IMG/VR virus record: IMGVR_UViG_2639762822_000001
Origin: a virus
Taxonomy: Duplodnaviria > Heunggongvirae > Uroviricota > Caudoviricetes
Direction: 5' to 3' (one strand)
DNA length: 44,565 nt
The notes under the pieces were generated by a model. That model had not been told where the DNA came from and did not search any database. It saw only the letters and a list, made by a program, of their open reading frames with translations. This document shows positions 1 through 9,249 of this stretch, in pieces (position 1 is the stretch's first letter; each line of letters begins with the position of its first letter). The translations under genes and the position numbers were made by a program.

Positions 1-30
1 CGGTCTTTATCCCGGATTCATCGCGGGAAA

Positions 31-348
31 CTACTTTGCCCCTTCACCAGCCGCTTTTTCGTTCTCTTCATCAATCACTTCCATAGCGAAGGTGAAGATC
101 TGCTGAAGCTGCGGAACAGTCAGTTTTTCCAGCACTGCATCAGGTACGGATGGAATGACCTTGCGCACAAGATCGGCATAGGCACTAACCTGCTCTACCG
201 GGGACATGTTCTGAAGGTCTTTCCCTTCCATTTGTTTGATGGAAACGAACAGGCCAACAGTCATTTCAACGATGGGGTATTCCTGACCGCCGAATTTGAT
301 GCTTTTCTTCGGAGGCAGAATGGAGTCGAGATCAAGTAATTTGGTCAT
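31..348 (-). CDS. Tail assembly chaperone (lambda gpG-like)
   Basis: 105 aa, directly downstream of the tail tube gene. Ends GGG GCA AAG TAG with the -1 frame open to the window edge. Confidence 0.75.
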   Translation of the reverse strand: MTKLLDLDSILPPKKSIKFGGQEYPIVEMTVGLFVSIKQMEGKDLQNMSPVEQVSAYADLVRKVIPSVPDAVLEKLTVPQLQQIFTFAMEVIDEENEKAAGEGAK

Positions 349-407
349 TGGTTAAAACCTTTTTGAAGAGAGGCTCTTCCTGAGCCTCTGCTTAATTAAC
401 ACCACGA

Positions 408-1154
408 TTAACTGGCAGCAGTCACCGTTACAGATTTGGTGGCCTTCTTGCCGCCGCTATTAGCAGTAAACGAAATGTTGACTGCGCCTTCTGCAACACC
501 GCGAACCAGTCCGGACTGGTCTACGGTTGCTTTTTGTGGATCTTCTGATGCCCAGACACCGGTTTTGTCTGCAACATCATCTGGTTGAACTTGCGCCGAA
601 AGTTGAACCGTAGCCCCTACTTTGCAGGTCGGTGAACCTGGATAGATGGTTACGGTTTTAACCGGCTTTGGGCCGCTCATTTTCCCCAGAACGCCGTTGT
701 CGTCCGGATATGCGGTGAACTGAACGGAGAAAACGCGAACATCATCAGACTGGTAGGTCATGGTGAAGTTGCCTGCGGTTGCGGCTTTCGGAATTGTCAG
801 AACGTAGTCGGTCGTATCCTGCGGGGTCAGAATCAACTCTTTAGCAACGTCGATCAGGTTGACGCCCTGGGCAGAGGTAATGGTCACAGAATTGTCTTCT
901 TCGCTCATGGTTGAACCAGGCATAAGATCGACCATGTTCTGCAACACGGACTCGGCCAGCGGCGCAGTGATGGTAATGTTACGACCCTGTACCAATTCTG
1001 AGATGGTGGTCTGCCCCAACTGGTCGACGGTCACTTTGAGGGTCTCTGTCGCAACTTCGACCTGAACGCCGCCTTTGGTGTAACCCAGATCCACGCCACC
1101 AAACGACACTTTACAAGCGCCAAGTTTGATGTTTTTTACATGGGTATTGGACAT
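408..1154 (-). CDS. Major tail (tube) protein with C-terminal Ig-like (Big_2) domain
   Basis: Start re-assigned to MSNTHVKNIK (AAGGAG RBS). 'DLGYTKGGV' tube-type N-terminus; C-terminal 'GATVQLSA..WASEDPQKATVDQSGLVRGVAEG' Ig motif. Confidence 0.85.
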   Translation of the reverse strand: MSNTHVKNIKLGACKVSFGGVDLGYTKGGVQVEVATETLKVTVDQLGQTTISELVQGRNITITAPLAESVLQNMVDLMPGSTMSEEDNSVTITSAQGVNLIDVAKELILTPQDTTDYVLTIPKAATAGNFTMTYQSDDVRVFSVQFTAYPDDNGVLGKMSGPKPVKTVTIYPGSPTCKVGATVQLSAQVQPDDVADKTGVWASEDPQKATVDQSGLVRGVAEGAVNISFTANSGGKKATKSVTVTAAS

Positions 1155-1203
1155 TGTTGGAAAACTCCTTTTTCCGTTAATCGGCACCGTCATCGTGCCA
1201 ATG

Positions 1204-1223
1204 ATAAGTATATACTTACTTAT
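1204..1223 (-). promoter_or_regulatory. Motif A palindrome/promoter before tail tube gene
   Basis: ATAAGTATATACTTACTTAT; -10-like TATCAT on the minus strand. Confidence 0.65.
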
Positions 1224-1227
1224 TTTG

Positions 1228-1611
1228 TTAATTCAACAAATAGCCAGCAAATTCAACGGGGATGCCGGCTTCAATTAGCGCCCCATCGTTTTTGGGATAG
1301 GTTATTGGCATCGTCATTGGGCGCACCAACCGAAAATGAACGCCTTCCGACTCAGTTTCCTCTACGGGCAGCATGGCCATAATTTTGTTGGCCTTTTCCA
1401 TAGTCTTTGTGATCGTCGCGTTTCTCACAATGATGGTAAAAGACTCATAGAAGAAACCCTGTAACTCGTGGTCAATACCAATGCCGCTGTTGGGGTTGAT
1501 CAGCAGAACGCCTGACTTCACATTGGCCGGCATAAAATGACAAAAAATGTCTGTTCCTACTTTCCCGATCTTCGCCTTTTGCATCAGGCTCGCAAATGCT
1601 TCAATAAACAC
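1228..1611 (-). CDS. Tail terminator / minor capsid-family protein
   Basis: GTG start after GAGG, adjacent to the upstream stop. ~127 aa, conserved position just before the tail tube gene. Confidence 0.65.
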   Translation of the reverse strand: MFIEAFASLMQKAKIGKVGTDIFCHFMPANVKSGVLLINPNSGIGIDHELQGFFYESFTIIVRNATITKTMEKANKIMAMLPVEETESEGVHFRLVRPMTMPITYPKNDGALIEAGIPVEFAGYLLN

Positions 1612-1612
1612 A

Positions 1613-2086
1613 TTAACCTCTCGTAAAACCGGCTTTCCTTGCCGCGTCTGCAATTGTCTGCGAGAAACGCTTCTCACTAATCAACGCTGCCCTTTCGAGG
1701 AAGAAAGGCCCAACACGAGGCTGCACGCCAGCTACGGGCGGGTTGGTAACACTTTTCATGCGGGAAAGGTACCCGAGACGATATTTACCCAGCTCCATAT
1801 ATTCTGCGTAGTCACCCACTTCCACGCCCGGGTGCCCCTCACGCGACTTTGCCCCTGAAACAGACAGCTCGATCCGCAACCCTGAATATCCCTCTTTAAC
1901 AACACGAGCAAATATGGCGCTTTCCAACGAACCGGTCTCGATCGGTGCCATAGCACGCGCCAGACGCTCGACAAGCCTGGCCAGTTTCTCCATATCGCGG
2001 ATCAAATAGCGTTTGAAGGCTTTTTGACTGTTGTTAAGTCGCTCACCAGCGCGTTTAAACTGGTGTGTGTCATAGCTTAAACCCAT
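1613..2086 (-). CDS. HK97 gp10-like tail completion/neck protein
   Basis: 'ARAMAPIETGSLESAI' matches the APxDTGxLxxSI motif; C-terminal 'PFFLERA'. Confidence 0.75.
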   Translation of the reverse strand: MGLSYDTHQFKRAGERLNNSQKAFKRYLIRDMEKLARLVERLARAMAPIETGSLESAIFARVVKEGYSGLRIELSVSGAKSREGHPGVEVGDYAEYMELGKYRLGYLSRMKSVTNPPVAGVQPRVGPFFLERAALISEKRFSQTIADAARKAGFTRG

Positions 2087-2421
2087 ACGTTTGCCCCCAC
2101 TTCAAAATGCCCAGGGCGCCCACGGAGTCCCCAGCGGCGATGCACGCTTGATACTTTCAACTTTTGCCCTTCAAGTATCAGTACATCATCCAGCTGAACA
2201 GTGGCTTCAAGAGGTAGTACCAAGACTGCATCGAACAATTCCAGATTCGCTTTGCCGCGGCTGCCTGAGCTATCGGCACGCACTGATGACTTCTCGTTGC
2301 TCTGCTCAAACTTAACAATACCGGCGCTCGTCTTTCTGACGAACTGCAACTGTGCCTCGCCGTAGACGTTTTTTGCACCGAAACGGTAGATTGCTAATTC
2401 AGCTTGCCATGAAATATTCAT
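2077..2421 (-). CDS. Head closure (stopper) protein
   Basis: Start at MNISWQ (GGAG RBS). 114 aa beta-rich protein between the adaptor and gp10-like genes. Confidence 0.65.
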   Translation of the reverse strand: MNISWQAELAIYRFGAKNVYGEAQLQFVRKTSAGIVKFEQSNEKSSVRADSSGSRGKANLELFDAVLVLPLEATVQLDDVLILEGQKLKVSSVHRRWGLRGRPGHFEVGANVWV

Positions 2422-2518
2422 CCACTCTCCCTCGTGATGATCGCCACACTCAAAACCAGGCGAAGGCGCGATTCCTCGTCTTAAGCCTTTCGACCAGAAG
2501 TAGATCATGCGGCGAGCG

Positions 2519-3352
2519 TTACGCACGGCGTACAATCATTCGATTGTTAATGTAACTGGTCAGCAGCCGCCAGGTACTGCGTGCCACTCGTACATTTGCC
2601 GCTTTACCGGTTCGATACATATTGGTGGTTTCACCAATAGACTCAGACAAGATGCCGTCCTCGCGGGCTGCCGCCACGTCATTACCGTTAGCGATCTCGC
2701 AGGCTTCATTTACCACGGCCAGCATCAGTGCCTCTTTGAAGTAGTCCGGTAACTCATCAAATTTTTCCTGTGTCATTCGCTCCCAATCGACAATATCGTG
2801 ACGGTATACACCGTCAGCGCCCCACGGAATGTCATAGACGTTCAGCATATTCTGGGGTCGATCGTAACGGTCAAAGTCGATGCGCAGAATCTTGCGAATG
2901 GAGAACGGGAGCGTTTTGACTCGCCTGGTGGCCTCGATGAGCCGTTTGCGCATTAGTCCTTCGCCATCGGCCAGCAAAGTGTCGCCATTCAGCATATCAA
3001 TGGCTTGCATCTGAGCATCAGCCACTGTTGCGAATGACTGATCGGGAATAGCCAGCTCGAAACTGTTCAGGAGTACGTACATCTGTCGCTCTTCATGCGT
3101 CAGCCCTGCAGCAGTAGCTTTGACGATGACATAGCGCAAATCTCGCTCTTTATCGATCAGCTGGTTGTGCTCGGCCGACACGACAACCGGAATGGACATC
3201 TGGCCTTCACTAATTTCGATTGGCTCGCCATCAACGAGGGTAGCCCCAGAGCTGTCTTTGACGGTGAAAGTGGCCGACTGAATATCGAGCACATTAAACG
3301 CAAACGACAGGGAAACAGGTTCACCACTACGGTACGTGTCGATCTGAGCCAT
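2519..3352 (-). CDS. Head-tail adaptor with extra N-terminal domain
   Basis: C-terminal half 'FATVADA..LIEATRRV..ILSESIGETTNMY' is typical of adaptors; position fits. Confidence 0.65.
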   Translation of the reverse strand: MAQIDTYRSGEPVSLSFAFNVLDIQSATFTVKDSSGATLVDGEPIEISEGQMSIPVVVSAEHNQLIDKERDLRYVIVKATAAGLTHEERQMYVLLNSFELAIPDQSFATVADAQMQAIDMLNGDTLLADGEGLMRKRLIEATRRVKTLPFSIRKILRIDFDRYDRPQNMLNVYDIPWGADGVYRHDIVDWERMTQEKFDELPDYFKEALMLAVVNEACEIANGNDVAAAREDGILSESIGETTNMYRTGKAANVRVARSTWRLLTSYINNRMIVRRA

Positions 3353-3783
3353 TATTCACCGCCTTGCGCTTTAAGAATGCCTTCGATCATTTCGACAATG
3401 CCTTTGGCTTTCACACCAATGGAGTTCCCAATCTGGCGAAGACCGGCGATACCTTCGCAGTCTGCAATGGACTCCAGCTCTTCACGGGTAAACCGTTGCA
3501 TTGTCTTGGCAGCCTCTTCAGAGCCGCGTTTCAGCGGGACAATATCAGGGGCAGTCTGCTCGACAATCTGATCGGCCACCAATTCATTACGGCGACTGTA
3601 TGCGGCAGAGGGGGAAACGTTCGTCCCTTCTACGGTAGAGGCGCGCATAGACGCACAAATTCGTTGCTGATCTACGAATGGCAGTTCAGCCACCGATACG
3701 CCCTCCACGAACTGAACGCCGCATAAAATGCCCGTATAGCCTACGAATTGAGGTTCTAATAAACGAATTTTTGCTGGTTTCAT
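3352..3783 (-). CDS. Putative head accessory protein; C-terminal helical HeH/Rho-N-like motif
   Basis: 143 aa. N-terminal ~48 aa paralogous to the next gene; C-terminus 'FTREELESIA..LRQIGNSIGVK'. Confidence 0.55.
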   Translation of the reverse strand: MKPAKIRLLEPQFVGYTGILCGVQFVEGVSVAELPFVDQQRICASMRASTVEGTNVSPSAAYSRRNELVADQIVEQTAPDIVPLKRGSEEAAKTMQRFTREELESIADCEGIAGLRQIGNSIGVKAKGIVEMIEGILKAQGGE

Positions 3784-3795
3784 AATTTCTCACTT

Positions 3796-3816
3796 ATGGG
3801 CGGCCAGGCCGCCCAT
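3796..3816. other. Perfect 9-bp stem-loop between head accessory genes
   Basis: ATGGGCGGC-CAG-GCCGCCCAT with no U tract on the sense strand. Confidence 0.6.
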
Positions 3817-3822
3817 GTGTTG

Positions 3823-4485
3823 TTACGCGTCTGGAGATTCGGTCACTTGCAAAGATGCAGTGGCCTTATGGCTTCCGTCTTCTGAGACGATTTCAATGGT
3901 TGCGACACCAGCTGCGACACCCGTTGCCAAACCTGACTGATCGATGGTTGCGAACTCTGGATTCTTCGAAGCCCAGTTCACTTTTTTATTCGATGCATTG
4001 GCTGGCAGGACATTAGCGGCCAGTCTTACGGTCGCGCCTTTCTCCACTGTGGCGGAATCCGGTTTAATGGATACCGACTCAACGGAAACAGGTTTCACGG
4101 TTAACTCAACTGTCGCTGATAGATTCGTTTCCGAATCCGTCGCGGTGATCTGCACTTTCCCTGCCGCTACGCCTGTCACCAAACCAGCGGTATTAACGGT
4201 AGCAATCGCGTTGTCGTCGCTTTTCCATGTAAATGAACCCGCACCTTCGCTCATAGTGATCGCTGCACGTAGCTGCACAGTCTTCCCTACCAAAACAGAG
4301 GGCGAAGCCGGTGTGATTGACACGGTCTGACTGAATGGAACGGCCTGAAGACAAGCGGCAAGATGACCCTGTTGACGCTCACTTAAAGGCTCGTTGGAAA
4401 TGGAATTAGTGAATCCGGCTCGGCACATGTGGCCAGTAAAATCCGAAAACGCCTCTTCCATAATTTTCATCTTTTGCTCTGGCAT
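3823..4485 (-). CDS. Capsid decoration protein with two Ig-like (Big_2) domains
   Basis: Two 'GxTVxLxA...WxSxxxxxATVxxxGLxTGVAAG' repeats; follows the capsid gene. Confidence 0.8.
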   Translation of the reverse strand: MPEQKMKIMEEAFSDFTGHMCRAGFTNSISNEPLSERQQGHLAACLQAVPFSQTVSITPASPSVLVGKTVQLRAAITMSEGAGSFTWKSDDNAIATVNTAGLVTGVAAGKVQITATDSETNLSATVELTVKPVSVESVSIKPDSATVEKGATVRLAANVLPANASNKKVNWASKNPEFATIDQSGLATGVAAGVATIEIVSEDGSHKATASLQVTESPDA

Positions 4486-4499
4486 TCTTCTGCTCCTAC

Positions 4500-4526
4500 A
4501 AAAAGGGTGGGCGTATAGCCCACCCT
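4500..4526 (-). terminator. Rho-independent terminator after major capsid gene
   Basis: AGGGTGGGC-5nt-GCCCACCCT followed by TTTT on the minus strand. Confidence 0.7.
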
Positions 4527-4530
4527 AACA

Positions 4531-4550
4531 GTAGATAACTACTTACCTAC
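4531..4550 (-). promoter_or_regulatory. Motif A before decoration gene
   Basis: GTAGATAACTACTTACCTAC; -10-like TACTGT. Confidence 0.6.
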
Positions 4551-4558
4551 TACACTGA

Positions 4559-5440
4559 TCAAATTTTGACGTTTTTCAGTGCCGCGATAGCTTTATCGTG
4601 CTTATTCGCCAGCGAGCAGTACCATTTAACACGGGTACGAACTGCGTCTTTGTTCTGAACAGTGCCGATATTTTCAACAACGATACCGGCATTCTCGCCA
4701 CCGTACAGGCCAGTCACACCGTTTTCTTCAGACAGATGCAGACAGTAAATGTCAGCCGCATCATTCTCTTCAGTTTTAGGAATGAAGTCGTTGATGATGA
4801 ACGGAATACCGTTGTGGCACAGCATCGGGCGACCGAAGTTTTCGAGCATAATTTCGGACGGACCGACATTTACGGTACGCAGCAGTGCTCGGTATGCGCG
4901 CAGGTGCTCAGAACGCATCATGATGCAGTCAGCGCCCAGATCCTTCACTGCGTCGACCAGCTCATCGAACATAGAGAAGGTCATGGAAGCCTTCGCAATG
5001 TCAATTTTCTGATCGTCATGCATCAGTTTAGGAATACCGTCGAACGCTTTGGTGTTCTCGGTAGAGTTACCAAGAATCAGGTTACGACGGAAAGCACGCG
5101 CCAGGCCTTTTACCTTCTGACGAACCTGAATCGCGAGCTGGCTGTTGGTGTCAGACATGGTGGTCGCCAGGAATTTGTCGACGTCTACGTCGCCTGCCAG
5201 AATACGCAGCTTCGCCACATGCTCGGTGAAGGTTGCCGCGCCTTCGGAGATGGTGTCGTTCACATCAATGAAGGTCGCTTCGCTCAGGGTAGCTTCACGG
5301 TTATAAAGGTACGCTTTGGAGTCGATCTTCATGAACGGCAGAATGGCGAACAGATCATCGCGGTCGATAATAGTTTCGATCACGCCCTGTTCGAGTTCGT
5401 TGTTAGACAGCTTTTCAGCTTCTTCACGCAGTAATGGCAT
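4559..5440 (-). CDS. Major capsid protein (HK97 fold)
   Basis: 293 aa after the scaffold gene; 'LFAILPF', 'GDVDVDKF', 'FDGIPKL', 'RTRVKWYCSLA' capsid-type motifs. Confidence 0.85.
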   Translation of the reverse strand: MPLLREEAEKLSNNELEQGVIETIIDRDDLFAILPFMKIDSKAYLYNREATLSEATFIDVNDTISEGAATFTEHVAKLRILAGDVDVDKFLATTMSDTNSQLAIQVRQKVKGLARAFRRNLILGNSTENTKAFDGIPKLMHDDQKIDIAKASMTFSMFDELVDAVKDLGADCIMMRSEHLRAYRALLRTVNVGPSEIMLENFGRPMLCHNGIPFIINDFIPKTEENDAADIYCLHLSEENGVTGLYGGENAGIVVENIGTVQNKDAVRTRVKWYCSLANKHDKAIAALKNVKI

Positions 5441-5465
5441 CTTTCATTTCCCTATGATTAAGATG

Positions 5466-6362
5466 TTACTTGAGTCCGATTTTCCCCAGACCGGAAGTCA
5501 ACTTATCCATTGTCGACCTGTTCTTCGGCTGGTTAACTTTATGGGTCGGTTTGCTGTTTGAACCGGCACCCTGCTTGGCTTCGCTGCGCATCAATGCGTC
5601 AGCCTCCGGATCAGCACGCAGAATGCGCTCAATCGCGGATTCGAACGGTAACGGCTTACCTTCGCCGTCAACCAGAACTGCACGTTCCTTCTGACCGGCC
5701 GGCTTGTCATAGCCAACAACGCTACCGTCTTCACCCACTTCAAAATGAGAGCCGTAGATAACGCGTGCTTTTGCCGGAGTCATCAGAACCTTTTCACGCA
5801 GGAAGGTAGAGCCGCTGAATGACGCGCCGACAGTCATTTCGACCAGCTGGGCTTTTAAGGCGGCGTTTTCACTCTCCAAAACAGAGAATTGTTCGTCACG
5901 CTGTGCCAGCTCATGCTGATGCGCTTCGATCATCTGCTTTTTGACAGCATCGAACTCGCCTCGGCGTTCCAGTTCAGCTTGCTCCGCCTCACGGCGTGCA
6001 TTTTCTGCGGCTTGTTCAGCTTCCAGAAGCTGACGAGCACGCGCCGGGTCAATGTCACCGTACTGAGCAAGCTGATCGGATAAAGAGCGCTCTTTTTCCT
6101 TGCGCTTCATATTCTCTTTCAGCAGGTCAGCACCGGCTTTCTTAGACTTACGCAGTTCGGCCAGCAACTCTTCAGGAGTCAAACCAGCTAAATCGTCGTC
6201 TTCACCCTTCGGCTGCTCTTTTTGCTCACCCTGTTTGCCTGGGTCTTGAGTACCCTGCTCGTTATCACCAGCAGGAGCACCAGCACCTGCGCCGCCACGC
6301 TCATGCGATTCGGCTACATCCATCAGGCCACGACGGGCCATAAGCATTTGCCACAGATTCAT
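5466..6362 (-). CDS. Capsid scaffolding protein
   Basis: G/E/Q-rich low-complexity N-terminus and long coiled coil, between portal and capsid genes. Confidence 0.8.
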   Translation of the reverse strand: MNLWQMLMARRGLMDVAESHERGGAGAGAPAGDNEQGTQDPGKQGEQKEQPKGEDDDLAGLTPEELLAELRKSKKAGADLLKENMKRKEKERSLSDQLAQYGDIDPARARQLLEAEQAAENARREAEQAELERRGEFDAVKKQMIEAHQHELAQRDEQFSVLESENAALKAQLVEMTVGASFSGSTFLREKVLMTPAKARVIYGSHFEVGEDGSVVGYDKPAGQKERAVLVDGEGKPLPFESAIERILRADPEADALMRSEAKQGAGSNSKPTHKVNQPKNRSTMDKLTSGLGKIGLK

Positions 6363-6383
6363 AGAAATTCCTTTTGTTACTTA

Positions 6384-7958
6384 TCACTCGGTCTCTTGAG
6401 TAGATGAGTCCCCATTCCCTCGGGGTTTATCTTGCCCGCTCTCTTGGGCTGCATCTCGATCATAAGTAAGTACTGACTTATTTTCAAGGGTGTTTAGATC
6501 ATTTTTTAGAGGAAATTTCAAGAGGTCTTTATCAAATTCCTTTTTCATCGCTTCGGAAATGTTAGGGAAGACTTTCTCGATAAGCATTTCCATCTGGTGT
6601 CGACGAACAGAATCTGGCGCCTGCAGCAATGCGAGTTTCTCAGCAACAGCAAATTCGTCAGTCAGCCCGCGAATATCGAAACTCTCCGGGTAAGCAATTA
6701 AGGAGTGGTCTTCGTCCAGTTCGACACCCATCCACTTCGCGGCCAGCATCATCATTTGGCGCTCGGCTCTTTCGAGACGTTCAGCCTTTGTCACCAGCAG
6801 ACTGTTAACTCTCTGGAAGTCGTACATTTTGGCTGCGCCTGATGAGTTATCGATACCCTGCGCGTTATCCTGCTTGGTTCGCTCTCCTGCAACACCAACG
6901 GAGTGGTAGATCTCATTAATCACGGTCTTAATCGTGGTAATGATCATCTGCGCTTGTTTTGGGTCAGGCGAAAGGTAAAACGGCTGGTTCCCGCTCTCGG
7001 AATCGTAGGTGAAAACACGCTTCGTCCCCATCTCCAGCACCTTGTCGTGATTTTCATCGCCCGGCAGTAGAGACTGAACAGGGATAGCAAGCTGGCTAAA
7101 TGTCTGATCCTGAATGATGGCGTCCAGGTTCGAGAGATAGTTAGCGACGGCCCGATCGAGATAGGCAATATCGTCAATGAGTGACGGGCTGAAATAAGGT
7201 GATTCACTTTCCCCGATGCAATCTACCGGGAATACCGGTACCGCGCCCAACTTGTGCTCACCGTAGTCCTCCAGCACGACTTTTGCCTGCCTGCGACCTG
7301 CGCCACCGGAACTCTTTTTCACCTCTTCACGGAAGAGATACCATTCATTTTGTGTCCATAGACGATAACGCTGGTATTCCTGACCAGTTGAGGTGAAAGG
7401 GTCCGTATCGTCACGCGCAATTTCTACGATCAGCGCCCACAGCATATTGCCATCTTCGTCCCAGGCCACATCAAGCAGCTGCTGCGGCGAAATCCAGTAG
7501 GCATAGGCTCGCGCCCCCTTCTGTTTCTCGTCAGCAACGGACTCAACGTCACCGTTCATTGTGCTATCGACCACAACCCAGATGCGGCCGTAAATAGACG
7601 ACTGAAGATCGATTGCCGCCATGAACGCATCAATGGAAGCATTCTGCCGTGTGGCTCGTTTCCAGAAATTGCGGATCTGCTCGGGCGCCTCTTCGATATT
7701 GCGATGAATATCCTCTTTGAAGAGATATTTGTTGATCAGGTTTACCACTTCGCGAGTGTGGTTAAAGCGATACGCTCGCTCAAGGCGCTCCTTGAACTCC
7801 TGATCACCCTCTTTGAAGTAACGAAAGATATTTTCGCTAAACCAGGCTCGCCCGCCAGCGTAAGTGCTGGCGAGAAAATCCCAATGTTCTTTTTTCTTCT
7901 CATATTCGGGGTGGCGCCGGGCCACCAGATCTTTGATTTGCTTATCAGTCAATTCCAT
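6384..7958 (-). CDS. Portal protein
   Basis: 524 aa directly after terL; 'RHPEY..WDFL..TYAGG', 'SGAAKMYDF' portal-like motifs. Confidence 0.85.
   Translation of the reverse strand: MELTDKQIKDLVARRHPEYEKKKEHWDFLASTYAGGRAWFSENIFRYFKEGDQEFKERLERAYRFNHTREVVNLINKYLFKEDIHRNIEEAPEQIRNFWKRATRQNASIDAFMAAIDLQSSIYGRIWVVVDSTMNGDVESVADEKQKGARAYAYWISPQQLLDVAWDEDGNMLWALIVEIARDDTDPFTSTGQEYQRYRLWTQNEWYLFREEVKKSSGGAGRRQAKVVLEDYGEHKLGAVPVFPVDCIGESESPYFSPSLIDDIAYLDRAVANYLSNLDAIIQDQTFSQLAIPVQSLLPGDENHDKVLEMGTKRVFTYDSESGNQPFYLSPDPKQAQMIITTIKTVINEIYHSVGVAGERTKQDNAQGIDNSSGAAKMYDFQRVNSLLVTKAERLERAERQMMMLAAKWMGVELDEDHSLIAYPESFDIRGLTDEFAVAEKLALLQAPDSVRRHQMEMLIEKVFPNISEAMKKEFDKDLLKFPLKNDLNTLENKSVLTYDRDAAQESGQDKPRGNGDSSTQETE
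6462..6481 (-). promoter_or_regulatory. Motif A inside portal 3' end, before scaffold gene
   Basis: ATAAGTAAGTACTGACTTAT; -10-like TATGAT. Confidence 0.65.
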
Positions 7959-7974
7959 TTGCTTTACTCTCCTG

Positions 7975-7994
7975 ATATGTAAGCACTTACTTAT
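7975..7994 (-). promoter_or_regulatory. Motif A before portal gene
   Basis: ATATGTAAGCACTTACTTAT, abutting the RBS. Confidence 0.6.
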
Positions 7995-9247
7995 CTTGAT
8001 CCGCCAAGAATAACACGATTTTTAACCGGATACCTACGATGAACTGGATAACCTAATGCATCCGCGCTGTGCTCAATGCCACCACTCTTATCCATATCCC
8101 GTGAGCCAGGTTTATAAATTACTTTTTCAAGCGAATCGATAAGGTGTTTGCATTTCGGGTCGATATAAAGCCGCGTTTCGCCAGATGCGCTTAACAGCAT
8201 ACGGTTTACGGCATTCACACGATCCGCTATTGGCGGGTGCTTCTTCGGAAAATCAACCCGTAGAAAACCCTTTTCCTTAAAAATGTCTACGTCTGACTCA
8301 CCACGAGCGTGCTGACGATACGCGCCGGCAGGGTCGGGGAAAATGGTCACATGTGATTTCCATCGCCAGTAACGGCGCTCCAGCTCATCACACACTTCTG
8401 CCGTGTTGGATGAGAAAAGCACCAACTCGTCAACCGCCCACAACTCGCCATTTGGCTGTGGCTGGAGAATGACAGAAGACATCGGATCGATGTTGAAGTC
8501 CTGACCAACCCAGATCGGCAGCTTTGGATTGAACTGCAACGGCTTCACATGCACGCTTCGGTCGAAAGGATAGTAAACACGACCGGACATGTTTTCGAAG
8601 CTGGCCAGGTACTCCTGAGCGAACGACTTAGGGTCCATATCATTCTTCGCGGCTTCGATTTCAGCGGTCGGAACAAACGGAGAGTCAGCAGTAACAAACT
8701 GCCAGCTCTTCCACTGGCCTTTACGCTGTAGCTCTTTGTTCTGGCCGATCGTCCACAGCTTATGGAACTCAGAGAAGCCTTTCGGCGTACCGATGATCAG
8801 CGCCCCGCCCCGGGTGGATGACAACGTCGGTCGAAGAACCTTATACCAGGTGTCCGGCTTCATATCCTGAAACTCGTCGAGTACCACGAAGTGAAGCGCA
8901 ACACCACGGAGCGTATCGGGCTTATCGGCGCCTTTGAGCGCGATCTCAGAGCCGTTCTTCAGCACGATTGTCATCGTGGTATCGTTTTTCTTACGAATCC
9001 ATTTCCGGGGTAAAACTTCCTGCAGGTCATCCCACAAAATCTGGCGTGCCATCTGATAAGTCGGCGCGACATACCAGACACGTTGTTTTTTCTCTTTGGC
9101 CGCGGCTCGGATAATGGTGGAAATCGACAACCGGGATTTACCCCAGCGTCGACCCGCACATACCACCTTGAATCGATGTGGCGACTGGAAGACTTTCATC
9201 TGTCCAGAATGCAGCTGTACGAGACTCAGAGACGACGGGATGCTCAT
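7991..9247 (-). CDS. terL: Terminase large subunit
   Basis: Walker A 'AGRRWGKS', Walker B 'VVLDE', 'GTPKG', RNase H-like 'GQDFN' and 'HSADALGY'. Confidence 0.95.
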   Translation of the reverse strand: MSIPSSLSLVQLHSGQMKVFQSPHRFKVVCAGRRWGKSRLSISTIIRAAAKEKKQRVWYVAPTYQMARQILWDDLQEVLPRKWIRKKNDTTMTIVLKNGSEIALKGADKPDTLRGVALHFVVLDEFQDMKPDTWYKVLRPTLSSTRGGALIIGTPKGFSEFHKLWTIGQNKELQRKGQWKSWQFVTADSPFVPTAEIEAAKNDMDPKSFAQEYLASFENMSGRVYYPFDRSVHVKPLQFNPKLPIWVGQDFNIDPMSSVILQPQPNGELWAVDELVLFSSNTAEVCDELERRYWRWKSHVTIFPDPAGAYRQHARGESDVDIFKEKGFLRVDFPKKHPPIADRVNAVNRMLLSASGETRLYIDPKCKHLIDSLEKVIYKPGSRDMDKSGGIEHSADALGYPVHRRYPVKNRVILGGSR

Positions 9248-9249
9248 AA

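Noticed and set aside
2421-2535. N-terminal extension of head closure protein, or readthrough of the adaptor TAA
   Set aside because: A good RBS exists at 2421 and there is no supporting signal for either alternative.
4598-5434. 278-aa plus-strand ORF antisense to the capsid gene (and similar long antisense ORFs, e.g. 12224-12826, 38229-38864, 42994-43551)
   Set aside because: Shadow ORFs of well-supported genes, with no RBS or recognisable motifs.
5466-7958. Missing prohead protease gene
   Set aside because: Scaffold-only assembly without a protease is common (P22/SPP1 type), so the absence is not unusual.
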